In this document: positions 1-11,505 of the stretch, one piece after another | Position numbering within the stretch: the stretch's first letter is position 1 | How the letters are laid out: every line of letters begins with the position of its first letter | Source: an uncultured Bacillota bacterium | GTDB lineage: Bacteria > Bacillota > Clostridia > Christensenellales > UBA1242 | DNA: 64,000 bases | Assembly: GCA_949292985.1 (NCBI GenBank) | Contig: CASFBF010000010.1 | Location: forward strand, 164,585-228,584 | Direction: 5' to 3' | Made by a program: the position numbers and the translations under genes | Notes under the pieces: generated by a model | What the model saw: only the letters and a program-made list of their open reading frames with translations | The model's database searches: none | What the model was told of the DNA's origin: nothing

Positions 1-523
1 TTAAATTTCTACCTTTTGGCGTAGGTTTTATTTTTTCGTGATATATTTTAATGTTTAGATGTTCAATTCTACCGCTAGGCACAATAACCTCATGGATAGC
101 GTCAACCCATTTATAATTCTTACTTTTGAGAAAAACTCGTTCTCTCTCATAACTAAAAATAGGCGTCATGTCGTCTTCATGCGACAACACATACTCAAAC
201 ATATAAATATCCGCAGGATGTTCTACTGTTTTTAACAGTTTAATTTTTTCAATATCTTCACTTAAAATCACATCATCTGCGTCCAACCACATCAACAAAC
301 CACAGGTGGCTTTTGAAAACGCAAAATTTCGCGCATCAGAAAAATTATAGTTCCACTTAAAATAATATATTTTATCTGTATACTTTCGTGCTATGTCAAC
401 AGTTTTATCACTTGATCCTGTGTCAACGACTATGATTTCATCTGCAAATTTATTTACACATTCCAAACACCTTGCAATAACATCTTCTTCATTTTTGACA
501 ATCATACATACTGATAATTCCAT
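1..523 (-). CDS. Glycosyltransferase family 2, partial (runs off the left edge)
   Basis: Not in the ORF track. Manual translation from ATG 523 (RBS GGAG): MELSVCMIVKNEEDVIARCLECV...VVDTGSSDKT...FSDARNFAF...WLDADD, typical GT2 motifs. Frame is open to base 1. Confidence 0.9.
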   Translation of the reverse strand, partial: MELSVCMIVKNEEDVIARCLECVNKFADEIIVVDTGSSDKTVDIARKYTDKIYYFKWNYNFSDARNFAFSKATCGLLMWLDADDVILSEDIEKIKLLKTVEHPADIYMFEYVLSHEDDMTPIFSYERERVFLKSKNYKWVDAIHEVIVPSGRIEHLNIKIYHEKIKPTPKGRNL

Positions 524-848
524 TTTTATCTCCAAGTACAATTTATTCAAAAAAAATAAAATATGTGAAAAATAATTAAATTTACTAAATTTGCCATGTT
601 TTTTTAAAAAATATCAAAAATTATAATGTTTTTATTACAATTATTATTTTTTTGCTTTATTTTTAAATATAAATAAATGTTTTTTATTTTAATTTAAATG
701 TAATTGTTAAAAATTATTTTTACTCTTTTCTTCCAGTTTAATTTAAGACTATATTATATAATATTATATTTAATACATAAATTATTTTGTTTTTGCAGAA
801 AATTATGTTAGAATGTTTTTGTCAAAAAATGACAAAAGAGGTAATAAA

Positions 849-3800
849 ATGAGCAAAATAAAAAAAGTTTTAGGCTGTTTTGTTTTAGCAACCGTGGCCA
901 CTGTTATAGGTGTGGCTGGTGGAATTTCTAATCAACAGCAAACTCAAATTTATAATGCTGCTGTAACTGAGGAAGAAATAATAAATTCGCTTCCTGAATT
1001 TATTAATAAAAATACAGGATTAGAAAAACAATATTTTTTTAGCGAAAACAGTTCTACTGAACCAATCAAATTTTACTTTAATTATACGCCTGTACCTGTC
1101 GCGAACGAATCAGAAGGCACAACAAACAATAATTACTACTTCAAATACATACCTGATGAAAATGACACCAATCATTACTACTACTTTGATATATCAAGCG
1201 TAGCAATTTATGTAAATGATGTTAGGCTTAATATTTCAACGGAAGATTTGATTACTCGTTCTACTGCCTCTGTTCAAATAAATCAGCAAGGAGATTCCCA
1301 ATCTGCAAGCAATTCAATTTCCCCAGAAATTCTATATTTTAATATTGTTTACGGTGATAGACTTGAGATATCAACAAAATCAGAAGTTTCAGGCAATAGC
1401 GGAGAAATAACCACGCCTGCAACTCTTACTTTAAATCAAACTGGAATTTTAAGAATTGAAGTACAGTATGACCTCTATGACACCACCTTAGTGAAAGGCG
1501 CAGAAAACAGTGACATAGAAATTTCAAATATCCTTACTTCTCAGTCATTTTCTTACTCTTGTTTTTATTTAAATGGCAATGAGTACTTTGAAACAATAAC
1601 AAATCGAGATGCGCCTATTATAACTTATCCTTCATTTTTAACTAGAACCCCTAGCGAATCTTCTTTGTTTAAATATAATTATTTTTATAACTATAACGCC
1701 AATGAACTTCCTTACATATCGTACGATCCTAACAAAATTAGGTTGACCATTACTAAGTATTACAACAATAACACAGAAAGTGAAACATTGTTATATAATC
1801 CAGAATCTAAAACCATTTCTGAACCTGATTTTGTATATCAAACACTTATTATGGAAGATGGTACAGTCAGAGTTTATTTCAATGATGTTGGTCAATACAA
1901 CTTTAACTTTGAAATGATTTACACCGTAGCAAATGGAAGTGACTATAAAATTTATACCGTGCCTTATGAACTGCTTGCACAAAAAATATATATTTTCGGC
2001 GCTCAACTTTCTTACACCGACTACGCTACAAATCAATATAAAGAATTTAAACATATTGAAAATCAAACAAACAGCGAAAGTGTAACAACTTACAACAAAA
2101 TAACACAGGGCGCTGATGTTTCTTATTTGTTCAGTAAATATGAAAGTTCAAAAACTGATGGTAATCAAACTTTTAACGATTGGCTTATTGCAACCCAAAC
2201 TCCTTGTGTAAGCACTGACCAAACACCCCTTCGTTTTACAACAAATCTAAAACAATTATCTTCTGATTCTACTTTAAAAGTTTATGTATTGAATGAAAAC
2301 AAAGAATGGGAAAATTTTTCTTCAATATCTGATATAACTTCAACCATCAATTCACCGGGTACTTACTTTATAACGCTTGCATATAACTTCGCTTCATACA
2401 CAAACAATGCAGGGGCAATTGACTCGGCGGAAACTTTCTATCAATATTTTTACTTTACGATAGACAAAACCGCCCCTTCGTTTACTATGGAAGCACAAGG
2501 AGATTATAACGAAGGAGAAGCATCTTATGATTGGACACAAATATTATCAAAAGAATATACCAATGCCGAACAGGTAAAACTGACTTATGCTGATTTTCAA
2601 AATGAATTTCATTCAGCAGTAAAATTTGAGTTTGAAAGATACGACTTTATAAACAAAACAACTTCTTCTGCGACAATAAAATTTGATGACAATGGAGAAT
2701 ATTATTTCACCGAGCAAGGTAACTATACAATAAAAATCTATTATGGCAAGCAAGGCACAGCAACTGACCCAAGTACTGCATCGTTTACTATAGATAGAGA
2801 AAACATAAAGGATTTAGCCGTTAACAGCGTTTATACGAGTGGCGCCAACAATGACTACCGCGCAGACACCGTTATAGAACAGTATGTTACTAATCAAAAT
2901 TTTGTTTTCTCATGGCAAACTGTAAAAGAAAGCGGTGCAAAAACATATGGAAAGTATAAATACTATTCTCTTGACTATTTAGATTATTACTCAACAGTCC
3001 CTGAATCAAATCTATCCGATTTATTAGGCGCTTTACTTAGAAACGGAATTGTAGCAACCGATGCCGTAATAAATATGAATAGCGCATCAAATTCTTGGAT
3101 TGATTGTTCTAACTCTGCCAATTTAATCGCAAATAATAACATAATACCTTCTTCATATGTTAAAACTAATGCTGGTTTATATATTTTCCAAATTTATGAT
3201 GAAGCTGGCAATAGCAAAATCCAAATCGTTTTATTAGATAATTCACAACCATACTTTATTCTTTACACATCAGAAGGCTTTTCGCTTATAAGTTCTAATC
3301 ATACTATTACAAGTGATGCAACTCTTTACTGGGGCGATTACAAAGCAATTAGTATTGAAGGTTATAACTCTGGCTTTAATGATGCCGTATATAAAAATAA
3401 AGATGGCGAAATTGATAATGAAATTAAAATGGCACTTGAACAATTTGTAGCATCTATACGTACATATTCAAGTTCTTCATCATCTGCTGGCTCAATCGGC
3501 TACGGGAAAGATGGCAGTTATTATCTGTGTGAAATAAATGACACTTATGCCTTTAAACACAAAGATGCAGATGACGATGAATATGTTTTAACAACTGGCA
3601 ATAATATGAGTATTCAATTTTCATACACCGTTCATTACACTGAAGTAAATGGCGTTGTGACTTATTACTACTCTACAACAACAGGAACAAACTTCTTAAA
3701 TGCTGTTTCTGGCGAAACTATCACCGCTACAATTTCTCCTGGAACAGGCGAATATCAAATAAACGGACAAACTTTATATGATGCAAACATATATTTATGC

Positions 3801-6800
3801 TTTTCACAAGGCAAAAATATTTACTATTTCTCTAAGCCTGATTCCTTATCATTAACTTCTACATCTGGACAAACAGTAACGGCAACTAAAAATGAAAATG
3901 GAAAACTATTGGTTAATGGAGTTGCATTGCAAGATGTAACCTTTGTAGATATGGAAGGAAATTACATTTTCTTAATTAGAGATTCTTCAAATACCGAAGG
4001 CGCCAACGAAACAGAGTTACAAAGATATTTGCAGTATGCTTCTAATTACCAATATTTACGAGTTACAGGCGATCAATCTTTAACCCAAATTCAATATTAT
4101 GAAAGTGGCAATCCAACTGATCCAATAACATTAACGGACGCATCTTATGCAAACATTAAAGTGGTTGACGAAGATGAGAATTTGATGAGTAGGTCGAGTT
4201 ATTATACTCCAACTTCTTTGGAAACCATATTGTATCTTTCCTTTACGCCTACTATTGAACATAATGACAACACCACAACTCAAGTAAAGGAAGTTACACT
4301 CAGTTATTACCCATATCAAACAGTAGCAAAAACATATTTGGCAACTGATAATTCTATTAGATATATATTCTATCGAACTCTTTCTACAAATGCAGAATTT
4401 ACAACAACCGTTTATAATTTTGAAACAGATGGGGCAAGCACTTCAACAATAGAAAAACAAATCAATGTTTCTTCAAACATTACAAGCGCAGGAAAATATA
4501 TAATTACAAGAACTTATATGACAGGTGAAAGTTATACTATTGATGTTTTTGATTACTATCAAAGAAATATAACCAGCACCGTAGATAGATATGGTGTGTT
4601 GACTTCACCAGAGCCTATTTCCTACACTGCTGAAACAAGAGTATATGAAATAAATAATCAGTCTATATACGCTACTTTGTATGGAAATATCTTGCAACTA
4701 ACTACAACTGGCGACTTCACGCAATACGACTTGCGTTATTCTATAAAACAAGGTGAAGAACAAACAACCGCCGACGAAGTAGATATCAAAAATTTCAAAA
4801 ATGGTTCGGATACAATTCGCTTGTATATCTTTAATGAGATTGCAACTTATGACTTTTATCAAGATAATAAAAAAATTATTGAATATTCAACCGTGCAAAT
4901 AAACGACACATCGTTAGAAAGCATTGTCGGCGGAGATATGATGATCAACATGTATGATGGAATGTCCCCTAATTCTGGTGTTATATCAGTGGCATTCCCA
5001 TACTATGAAACTAATTCCCTGCTTCCTTCTGGCGAAAGTTTTTACACTGAAAACAACACATCTTGGCAAAACAGTGATCCCGTAAGCACTACACTGACAA
5101 CAAATAAACTGCCTTTAAATCTGTATATACCACAGTACAAATATACCATATACAATCAAGATGCCTTGGAACAGGATTCATCAATATCATATTCTAATAT
5201 AGCAAACAATTACTTAATCCGATATAATGAAGATGATGAGTTTTCAGTTATTTCACCGTACGAACTTGTTGCAAGCATATCATTTACTGGAAGTGATGGA
5301 ACCAGCCATACTTATACTTCTACGGCAGGAACAGATGGATATCTGGCTTTCATTGATGAAACTGGCGCACCAGTTGAGCAATTTACAAAACCTGGTACTT
5401 ATTATGTAACAATCACACAAGGTTATAATTCTGATTCTAACAGTAGTAATAATTTTAGAAAGAATTATAAGTTTGCATTTGAAATAGAGGATACTAAGCC
5501 TGAATTTACAATCACACAATCAGGCGCACCGCTCTCTACATTAAACGAAGATGTTGAAGTTCCGAATTACTATACAAATTCAAAAACCATAACTTATATT
5601 TGGGAAGATTTAAACGATAAATATATTGCCAATATAGATAAAACATGTTTACAGATCAAATATTCAAATGGACAATACTTATCGACTTCAAATGTTATCA
5701 TTGTTTCAAACAATGAACAAATATCTTTAAAAACGGCAAACGAAAAACTGTTAAATTCTTTAAGTTATTCTTCAAGCACTGACAGCCGAGGCGTTACAAC
5801 CAATTATTTAACATTAGATCTTAATGCGCTAGGGATTTATCAAAACAAAGCAACTGTATATATGACAATGCAATTTGAAGGACATAATGATCTTTACTAC
5901 ACACAAACAACAAAATGTGTAACCATCGATAAACAAGCCTCTTTTGAAACTGTAAACGGGTTAATAGAAAAATTACAAAACATATCAAGTGAATATCTAC
6001 CTCTCAACTCTTCTACTTTAAGGTCTTATTTAGATGTTGATTATAAAACGGTAGCAACAGCACAAGAAGCCGCTTACAATATTACTGCAAATTCAACAAC
6101 TGGACAATTTAGAAATTATAGTTATCTTGTTGACAGAGCCTTCTTTGACGATTTAGAAGGACTTGCATCAACAAATTATAATAAAAACAATGCACAAACA
6201 TATAATGGTGGTACTATCAGGGCCTTCTATAAAGCAATTGATAATCCTTATAATAGCAGTTATGAAGAGTCATACGCAGATTTCACATCTTCCGCCTATA
6301 CTGATATGGCAGATGAACTAAGTTTGGTGCCTAACACATATTATCAAATTGTAGAACAAGATTTAGCAGGCAATTTAACATTCTATATAGTTTATTATTA
6401 TTCTGTTGACGATGGAAACGGCGTAATTAAAAATGATGATATAGTTTATCAAGGCATTTCATTTAATGATCATAATGAAGAAAAATTAGCAAACGATGCA
6501 CAAATTGCAACTGGTAAATTAAACTTATATTCAACGACAAATTTCACTTTGAATAAATTAAATTTCCAAGGTGATAGTTGGTTAGTTATAACTGTTGATG
6601 ACAACTATTATATGTTCAGCCCATGGCTTGATGATGGATATGTTTATAAACTATCTAATTCAAATATAAGTACAGTAACAATTTCCAGCATTTTTGCAAA
6701 CATTAAATCATCAGCAACCCCTATCTCTATTAACATTTCTGATAGATTTACTGGTAATTTTGCGAATGTAAAACTAACAACACTTGATGGCGTACAATTA

Positions 6801-9569
6801 AATACCAATTTATCAAATTCTCAAGCAAATGAATTCATCAATGTTTCTTATTCTAATTCAGTATTTCCAGTATCAATTAAAATTTCTAATAACGGCAATA
6901 TAATATACGAACAATACAACGATCCTAACATATTGGAAAACCTTATAAATCCAAACTATGTTTATAATTCAAACTGGTTAAGCGCAGGAAATATAAATGT
7001 AACATTACAAGAATTATATTCAAGATTTAACTTCGCATTTATCTCACTGCCATCTAATGGAAGCAAAATTAGATATGAGTTGGTTGATAATTTTGGAAAT
7101 CCCACTATTTTAGTTCACATTTTTGGACAAACAACCATACAAGAAATAACAAGTGAAGGAAACAGATATGAAATTCAAATAAACGATGAAACAACTGATG
7201 GCGAATTAGTAACCTATAACATAAGCCCAGTTTCATTAAATTATAATTTCAACAATCAACTCCATTATGTAAAAGTAAAAAAATGGGACGGTTTTGGTTG
7301 GATAGATGCTGTTCAAAAGGTGGATTTCAACGATTCTACGAATGGTAATCTGGTTTCATACATTTTTTCAAATCTCAGCACTTCTGATTTAGCAAACTTA
7401 AAATTTAAATTAGAAATTTTTGAAATTTCAGATGATGAAACACTAGCGAAAGATGATCCTTCGTTATACATTAAAGATGTATATCTGCAAATATATCAAA
7501 TGCTTCCTCATCTTTTAAATGCAGATGAAGATGCATCCGACTTTATTTCAAGTTTAAAATTTACAGATAATTATGGAGAAAATGTTACTAGTGAAATTTT
7601 AACAGATAACACCCCTTACAGAGTAGTAATTGGTGACAAAACGTACAACGTGACCAAATCAGGAGAAACATTTGCAAGTAGGCTTACACTCACCTATTCA
7701 AATTCATCTAACTTTGATTTCCCATTCACTGTGCAAGTATACAAAGAAGACGGATCATTAGGCTCAAACTTCACAGAAATAAATTCAGGCTCATACTTAA
7801 CAGACAGCGGGATTTATTACTTCTTAGTAAAATATACTGACTCTTTAACAGAAGAATATAATCTTTACAAAATTGAAATTTTAGATTCTTCTTCAGAATT
7901 TTATAGAGTAACAAACAACGGCAAAAAAGTTGAAAAAGCCTCTACTTATTATAAAGATGAATCAGGAATAGAATACTCTGAATATTACATTGTCAATGTA
8001 AACTACAATACATCAGCGTCGCTGGTAGAAATTATTCCTAACGACTATCAAAACATCACTGTTACACAACTTGACCCAATAATAAATGAAGGTAATAATG
8101 TTATAACTGTTGGATATAGAGTTACAAACTATATAGGGGCAGATAAACCAACTGGCGGTGTATCCCCATTTGACAGAATTGTGTTTATCACGTATATTCC
8201 ACCGACATCATCACCTGTTGCAGAAGCTTATTTTACATATAATTCAGCTGAACAAACTGATGTTTTATCCCAAAGTTCAATAATGTCTGCAATAAGTATA
8301 GAAAATATTGACTCAGGCGTTCTTAAACTTAGTTATTCTCGTTCATACGGAATTTCTGGAAACTTGATAAATGTTTCTATACTCAAAGATGGAGTTCCAT
8401 ATTATCCAACAGTAAAATATGAAACAACTTCCAACAACAGACAGTTATCTTATGTGGAATTAGATAAATCTGGAACGTATTCAATTTCATTTACAGACAC
8501 AGCAGGAAACAAACAAATTTTTGCATCGGGAACAAGTGGTTCTTCAACAACATTAACTTTGATATTCTTAAAAGATGTATCATTCTCAATGACCTTTACA
8601 GATGCAAATGGTGTTACGCAAACAACAGACCCTATTCAAAAAGGAGTGTTCAATAATCAAGTTATTTTGAATTTGATAAACGCCAACACCTACTACACTG
8701 CACAATCGATAGGAAGCGGAGCCAACATGATAACCGCTACTAAAAATGGTGAACCATATAAAGACTATGCTTATAATGCAGAAAAATCATCGTTCACTTT
8801 CAACGAGCCTGGTTATTACAGCATTTACTTCTCAGCAACTGCAGCCAACGGTATAGAACTGCGTCATGAAATTTACAATTTTACCATAGTAAATACAAAT
8901 GAATCTAGATACTCTTTTGAATATTCATCTTACGATAATTATTACATCAAATCCATAATAAAAGATAATCTTGGCGACATAACTAAAAATGCTGATGGCA
9001 CTGTGCCTGACGCATTAAAACAAATATTCCAAACCGTTGTCGTTGATGGCAAAGAATATCTTAAAAATGTTGTAACATCATTCCAAGATATAACCACTGG
9101 CGAAGGTTATTACACAATTACAATCGCAACCAACAACAATTTGAATAGAGATGACTACACCACTCCTACCGAATTCTCATTTAGTTATTGGATTAACACA
9201 AGTTCAGTTCCAATAAACATTTCGGTAACAGAGGGCGAATCAACATCAAACAATATAACAGTAACATTTAATGCTGATAGAGTGTTCTCAGCGGTTGGAG
9301 AATGTATGATTTACATAGGTAATAATTCTTACCATGTCAACGCTAACAATATCACTGAACTTGGAACTGTAACCTCAACAATCTCTACATCGGGGACATA
9401 TTACATAACAGTAAGGTCTATGAGTGGCAACTTATTGTATAGTTACAAAGTGATAAAAACCGAACCTCTTAATGCTTGGGCAATAGCCGCAATCGTAATC
9501 GGAGCAGTTGTTGCAATAGTAGTTGTAATCATAATTATCAAAACTCGAAAGAGAATTAAGGTTAAATAA
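849..9569 (+). CDS. Giant (~2900 aa) secreted, C-terminally membrane-anchored surface protein with many Ig-like beta modules
   Basis: ORF 813..9569; ATG 849 follows AGAGGT. N-terminal signal-like segment, Tyr/Thr/Asn/Ser-rich body with recurring D-x-T-x-P and G-x-Y...D-x-A-G-N motifs, C-terminal TM helix plus KTRKRIKVK tail. Confidence 0.8.
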   Translation: MSKIKKVLGCFVLATVATVIGVAGGISNQQQTQIYNAAVTEEEIINSLPEFINKNTGLEKQYFFSENSSTEPIKFYFNYTPVPVANESEGTTNNNYYFKYIPDENDTNHYYYFDISSVAIYVNDVRLNISTEDLITRSTASVQINQQGDSQSASNSISPEILYFNIVYGDRLEISTKSEVSGNSGEITTPATLTLNQTGILRIEVQYDLYDTTLVKGAENSDIEISNILTSQSFSYSCFYLNGNEYFETITNRDAPIITYPSFLTRTPSESSLFKYNYFYNYNANELPYISYDPNKIRLTITKYYNNNTESETLLYNPESKTISEPDFVYQTLIMEDGTVRVYFNDVGQYNFNFEMIYTVANGSDYKIYTVPYELLAQKIYIFGAQLSYTDYATNQYKEFKHIENQTNSESVTTYNKITQGADVSYLFSKYESSKTDGNQTFNDWLIATQTPCVSTDQTPLRFTTNLKQLSSDSTLKVYVLNENKEWENFSSISDITSTINSPGTYFITLAYNFASYTNNAGAIDSAETFYQYFYFTIDKTAPSFTMEAQGDYNEGEASYDWTQILSKEYTNAEQVKLTYADFQNEFHSAVKFEFERYDFINKTTSSATIKFDDNGEYYFTEQGNYTIKIYYGKQGTATDPSTASFTIDRENIKDLAVNSVYTSGANNDYRADTVIEQYVTNQNFVFSWQTVKESGAKTYGKYKYYSLDYLDYYSTVPESNLSDLLGALLRNGIVATDAVINMNSASNSWIDCSNSANLIANNNIIPSSYVKTNAGLYIFQIYDEAGNSKIQIVLLDNSQPYFILYTSEGFSLISSNHTITSDATLYWGDYKAISIEGYNSGFNDAVYKNKDGEIDNEIKMALEQFVASIRTYSSSSSSAGSIGYGKDGSYYLCEINDTYAFKHKDADDDEYVLTTGNNMSIQFSYTVHYTEVNGVVTYYYSTTTGTNFLNAVSGETITATISPGTGEYQINGQTLYDANIYLCFSQGKNIYYFSKPDSLSLTSTSGQTVTATKNENGKLLVNGVALQDVTFVDMEGNYIFLIRDSSNTEGANETELQRYLQYASNYQYLRVTGDQSLTQIQYYESGNPTDPITLTDASYANIKVVDEDENLMSRSSYYTPTSLETILYLSFTPTIEHNDNTTTQVKEVTLSYYPYQTVAKTYLATDNSIRYIFYRTLSTNAEFTTTVYNFETDGASTSTIEKQINVSSNITSAGKYIITRTYMTGESYTIDVFDYYQRNITSTVDRYGVLTSPEPISYTAETRVYEINNQSIYATLYGNILQLTTTGDFTQYDLRYSIKQGEEQTTADEVDIKNFKNGSDTIRLYIFNEIATYDFYQDNKKIIEYSTVQINDTSLESIVGGDMMINMYDGMSPNSGVISVAFPYYETNSLLPSGESFYTENNTSWQNSDPVSTTLTTNKLPLNLYIPQYKYTIYNQDALEQDSSISYSNIANNYLIRYNEDDEFSVISPYELVASISFTGSDGTSHTYTSTAGTDGYLAFIDETGAPVEQFTKPGTYYVTITQGYNSDSNSSNNFRKNYKFAFEIEDTKPEFTITQSGAPLSTLNEDVEVPNYYTNSKTITYIWEDLNDKYIANIDKTCLQIKYSNGQYLSTSNVIIVSNNEQISLKTANEKLLNSLSYSSSTDSRGVTTNYLTLDLNALGIYQNKATVYMTMQFEGHNDLYYTQTTKCVTIDKQASFETVNGLIEKLQNISSEYLPLNSSTLRSYLDVDYKTVATAQEAAYNITANSTTGQFRNYSYLVDRAFFDDLEGLASTNYNKNNAQTYNGGTIRAFYKAIDNPYNSSYEESYADFTSSAYTDMADELSLVPNTYYQIVEQDLAGNLTFYIVYYYSVDDGNGVIKNDDIVYQGISFNDHNEEKLANDAQIATGKLNLYSTTNFTLNKLNFQGDSWLVITVDDNYYMFSPWLDDGYVYKLSNSNISTVTISSIFANIKSSATPISINISDRFTGNFANVKLTTLDGVQLNTNLSNSQANEFINVSYSNSVFPVSIKISNNGNIIYEQYNDPNILENLINPNYVYNSNWLSAGNINVTLQELYSRFNFAFISLPSNGSKIRYELVDNFGNPTILVHIFGQTTIQEITSEGNRYEIQINDETTDGELVTYNISPVSLNYNFNNQLHYVKVKKWDGFGWIDAVQKVDFNDSTNGNLVSYIFSNLSTSDLANLKFKLEIFEISDDETLAKDDPSLYIKDVYLQIYQMLPHLLNADEDASDFISSLKFTDNYGENVTSEILTDNTPYRVVIGDKTYNVTKSGETFASRLTLTYSNSSNFDFPFTVQVYKEDGSLGSNFTEINSGSYLTDSGIYYFLVKYTDSLTEEYNLYKIEILDSSSEFYRVTNNGKKVEKASTYYKDESGIEYSEYYIVNVNYNTSASLVEIIPNDYQNITVTQLDPIINEGNNVITVGYRVTNYIGADKPTGGVSPFDRIVFITYIPPTSSPVAEAYFTYNSAEQTDVLSQSSIMSAISIENIDSGVLKLSYSRSYGISGNLINVSILKDGVPYYPTVKYETTSNNRQLSYVELDKSGTYSISFTDTAGNKQIFASGTSGSSTTLTLIFLKDVSFSMTFTDANGVTQTTDPIQKGVFNNQVILNLINANTYYTAQSIGSGANMITATKNGEPYKDYAYNAEKSSFTFNEPGYYSIYFSATAANGIELRHEIYNFTIVNTNESRYSFEYSSYDNYYIKSIIKDNLGDITKNADGTVPDALKQIFQTVVVDGKEYLKNVVTSFQDITTGEGYYTITIATNNNLNRDDYTTPTEFSFSYWINTSSVPINISVTEGESTSNNITVTFNADRVFSAVGECMIYIGNNSYHVNANNITELGTVTSTISTSGTYYITVRSMSGNLLYSYKVIKTEPLNAWAIAAIVIGAVVAIVVVIIIIKTRKRIKVK

Positions 9570-9596
9570 AAAAAGTCGCAAATGCGACTTTTTTTT
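9568..9596. terminator. Intrinsic terminator, potentially bidirectional
   Basis: AAAAAAAGTCGCA-A-ATGCGACTTTTTTTT hairpin directly after the giant ORF stop. Confidence 0.85.
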
Positions 9597-9615
9597 ATTT
9601 GATTTTTTAATAAAC

Positions 9616-9640
9616 AAAAAAACAAGCCAAACGGCTTGTT
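9616..9640 (-). terminator. Intrinsic terminator of rplK-rplA
   Basis: AACAAGCC/GGCTTGTT stem with a T-run on the minus strand just after the rplA stop. Confidence 0.7.
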
Positions 9641-9643
9641 CTT

Positions 9644-10327
9644 TTAGCCAATAGAAACAATTTTAACGCCAGGGCCCATTGATGAGCAAATTGCAATATT
9701 TTTAAAATATTGTCCTTTTGCTGCGGCTGGTTTTGCTTTTTGCAATGCTTCAATAACGGTTGTGTAGTTGTCAACAAGTTTATCTTTCCCAAAACTTACT
9801 TTGCCTAAAATTACATGGACATTGTTTGTTTTGTCAAGTCTGTATTCAACTTTACCTGCTTTAACATCGTTGATTGCTTTCTTTACATCCATGGTAACTG
9901 TGCCACTCTTAGGGTTTGGCATCAAGCCCTTAGGTCCAAGCACTCTTGCCACTCTTCCTACAACACCCATCATATCAGGTGTGGTGATGCAAACATCGAA
10001 ATCAAGCCATCCACCTTGGATTTTTGCAACCATTTCTTCTGCGCCAACATAATCAGCGCCTGCTTTAACAGCATCATCAGCCTTGTCGCCTTTTGCAATA
10101 ACAAGCACTTTAACGCTTTTGCCTGTTCCATGAGGAAGAACTACAACTCCTCTAACCTGTTGGTCAGCGTTTCTTCCATCAACGCCAAGTCTAACATGAA
10201 GTTCAACTGTTTCATCAAATTTAGCCTTTGCAGTTTCAAGCATTTTATCAAATGCATCACTTACAGAATATGCCTGGGTTTTATCGTAACTGGAAAGGGC
10301 TGCTTGCATTCTTTTACCTTTTTTCAT
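9644..10327 (-). CDS. rplA: 50S ribosomal protein L1
   Basis: [32 protein letters not shown] motifs. Confidence 0.98.
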   Translation of the reverse strand: MKKGKRMQAALSSYDKTQAYSVSDAFDKMLETAKAKFDETVELHVRLGVDGRNADQQVRGVVVLPHGTGKSVKVLVIAKGDKADDAVKAGADYVGAEEMVAKIQGGWLDFDVCITTPDMMGVVGRVARVLGPKGLMPNPKSGTVTMDVKKAINDVKAGKVEYRLDKTNNVHVILGKVSFGKDKLVDNYTTVIEALQKAKPAAAKGQYFKNIAICSSMGPGVKIVSIG

Positions 10328-10338
10328 ACTCGTCCTCC

Positions 10339-10767
10339 TTATTCAGTCACAGTAACGCCCATGCTGCGTGCTGCACCCTCAATCATGCTCATAGCCGCTT
10401 CAATGCTTCCTGCATTAAGGTCTGGCATTTTAAGTTCTGCAATTTCTCTAATTTGCGCTTTTGTGATTGAGCCGACTTTTGTTTTGTTTGGTTTTGCTGA
10501 ACCTTTGTCAAGACCAATAGCCTTTTTAATTAAAACGGCTGCTGGTGGAGTTTTCAAAACAAAACTAAACGACCTGTCTTGGTAAATTGTGATTACCACA
10601 GGTATGATAAGCCCTGCCTGAGCAGCAGTCTTATCGTTAAATTCTTTGGTAAATGCCGCAATGTTAATTCCATGAGGTCCAAGTGAAGAACCTACTGGAG
10701 GTCCAGGTGTGGCTTTACCTGCTGGGAGTTGAAGTTTAACAACTGCCCCAATCTTTTTTACTGCCAT
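10339..10767 (-). CDS. rplK: 50S ribosomal protein L11
   Basis: [36 protein letters not shown]. Confidence 0.98.
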   Translation of the reverse strand: MAVKKIGAVVKLQLPAGKATPGPPVGSSLGPHGINIAAFTKEFNDKTAAQAGLIIPVVITIYQDRSFSFVLKTPPAAVLIKKAIGLDKGSAKPNKTKVGSITKAQIREIAELKMPDLNAGSIEAAMSMIEGAARSMGVTVTE

Positions 10768-10782
10768 TTTATCCTCCTTATT

Positions 10783-10820
10783 GTGGTGAAATTTGAGTGG
10801 TGCAGTTCCACTCTCCCACG
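10783..10820 (-). promoter_or_regulatory. Probable L1-binding autoregulatory leader of rplK-rplA
   Basis: Minus strand GTGGGAG-AGTGG..CCACT-..ACCAC hairpin just upstream of the rplK RBS; resembles the L1 binding site seen ahead of rplK in Firmicutes. Confidence 0.65.
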
Positions 10821-10875
10821 ATTTTGCCGAGGCTTAACCTCGTATATTTAGCAAGTTGCCTTGCGAAATACCTTT

Positions 10876-11496
10876 TTAAGCATCAATTCTTCTCATTTGA
10901 GTGTAGTCAAGTTCTACTGGTGCTTCTCTTCCAAACATTTCAACAATTACTGTTGCAATGCTGTTATCTGGATTTACTGATTGAACTGTTCCAATGGTTC
11001 CTTCAAGTGGCCCGTCAATAACTTCCACTTTGTCACCAACTTGCAAATCAACTTCAACTTTAATTTTTTCAAGTTTGTTCTTTCTTACTTCTTCATCAGT
11101 AAGTGCAAGCGGACGACCGTTTGGCCCTACAAAACCCGTAATTCCACGAGTTCTTGTTACGTTATGCCATAAATCATCACCGTAAATCATTTTTACGAAA
11201 ATGTAGCAAGGCATACTTTTGCGTTCAACAAGTTTTTTCTTGCCATTCTTTTCTTCTACAACACTTTCCATTGGAATGATAATGTCAAATATTCTATTTT
11301 GCAAACCAAATTTAGTAACCACGGTTTCCAAATTTTCTTTTGCAACATTCTCATATCCAGAAAATGTGTGGAGTGCATACCATTTCGCCTCTTTTGATGG
11401 GTCGGCATCATGTGTAATTTCATTTGTCTGTGTTTGAGCAGTTGGCTGAACTTGTTCTGCTCCTTCTTGAATAACCTCGTCGTTATTGTTTTCCAT
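10876..11496 (-). CDS. nusG: Transcription factor NusG
   Basis: WYALHTFSGYEN, VTRTRGITGFVG, KOW motif VGDKVEVIDGP, MFGREAPVEL; acidic N-terminal extension. Confidence 0.97.
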   Translation of the reverse strand: MENNNDEVIQEGAEQVQPTAQTQTNEITHDADPSKEAKWYALHTFSGYENVAKENLETVVTKFGLQNRIFDIIIPMESVVEEKNGKKKLVERKSMPCYIFVKMIYGDDLWHNVTRTRGITGFVGPNGRPLALTDEEVRKNKLEKIKVEVDLQVGDKVEVIDGPLEGTIGTVQSVNPDNSIATVIVEMFGREAPVELDYTQMRRIDA

Positions 11497-11505
11497 GTTC
11501 CCTCC

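Noticed and set aside
9768-10585. Long plus-strand ORFs opposite rplA/rplK, and similar antisense ORFs over secA, gyrA, prmC and the flippase
   Set aside because: Antisense shadows of conserved genes, lacking RBSs and recognisable motifs.
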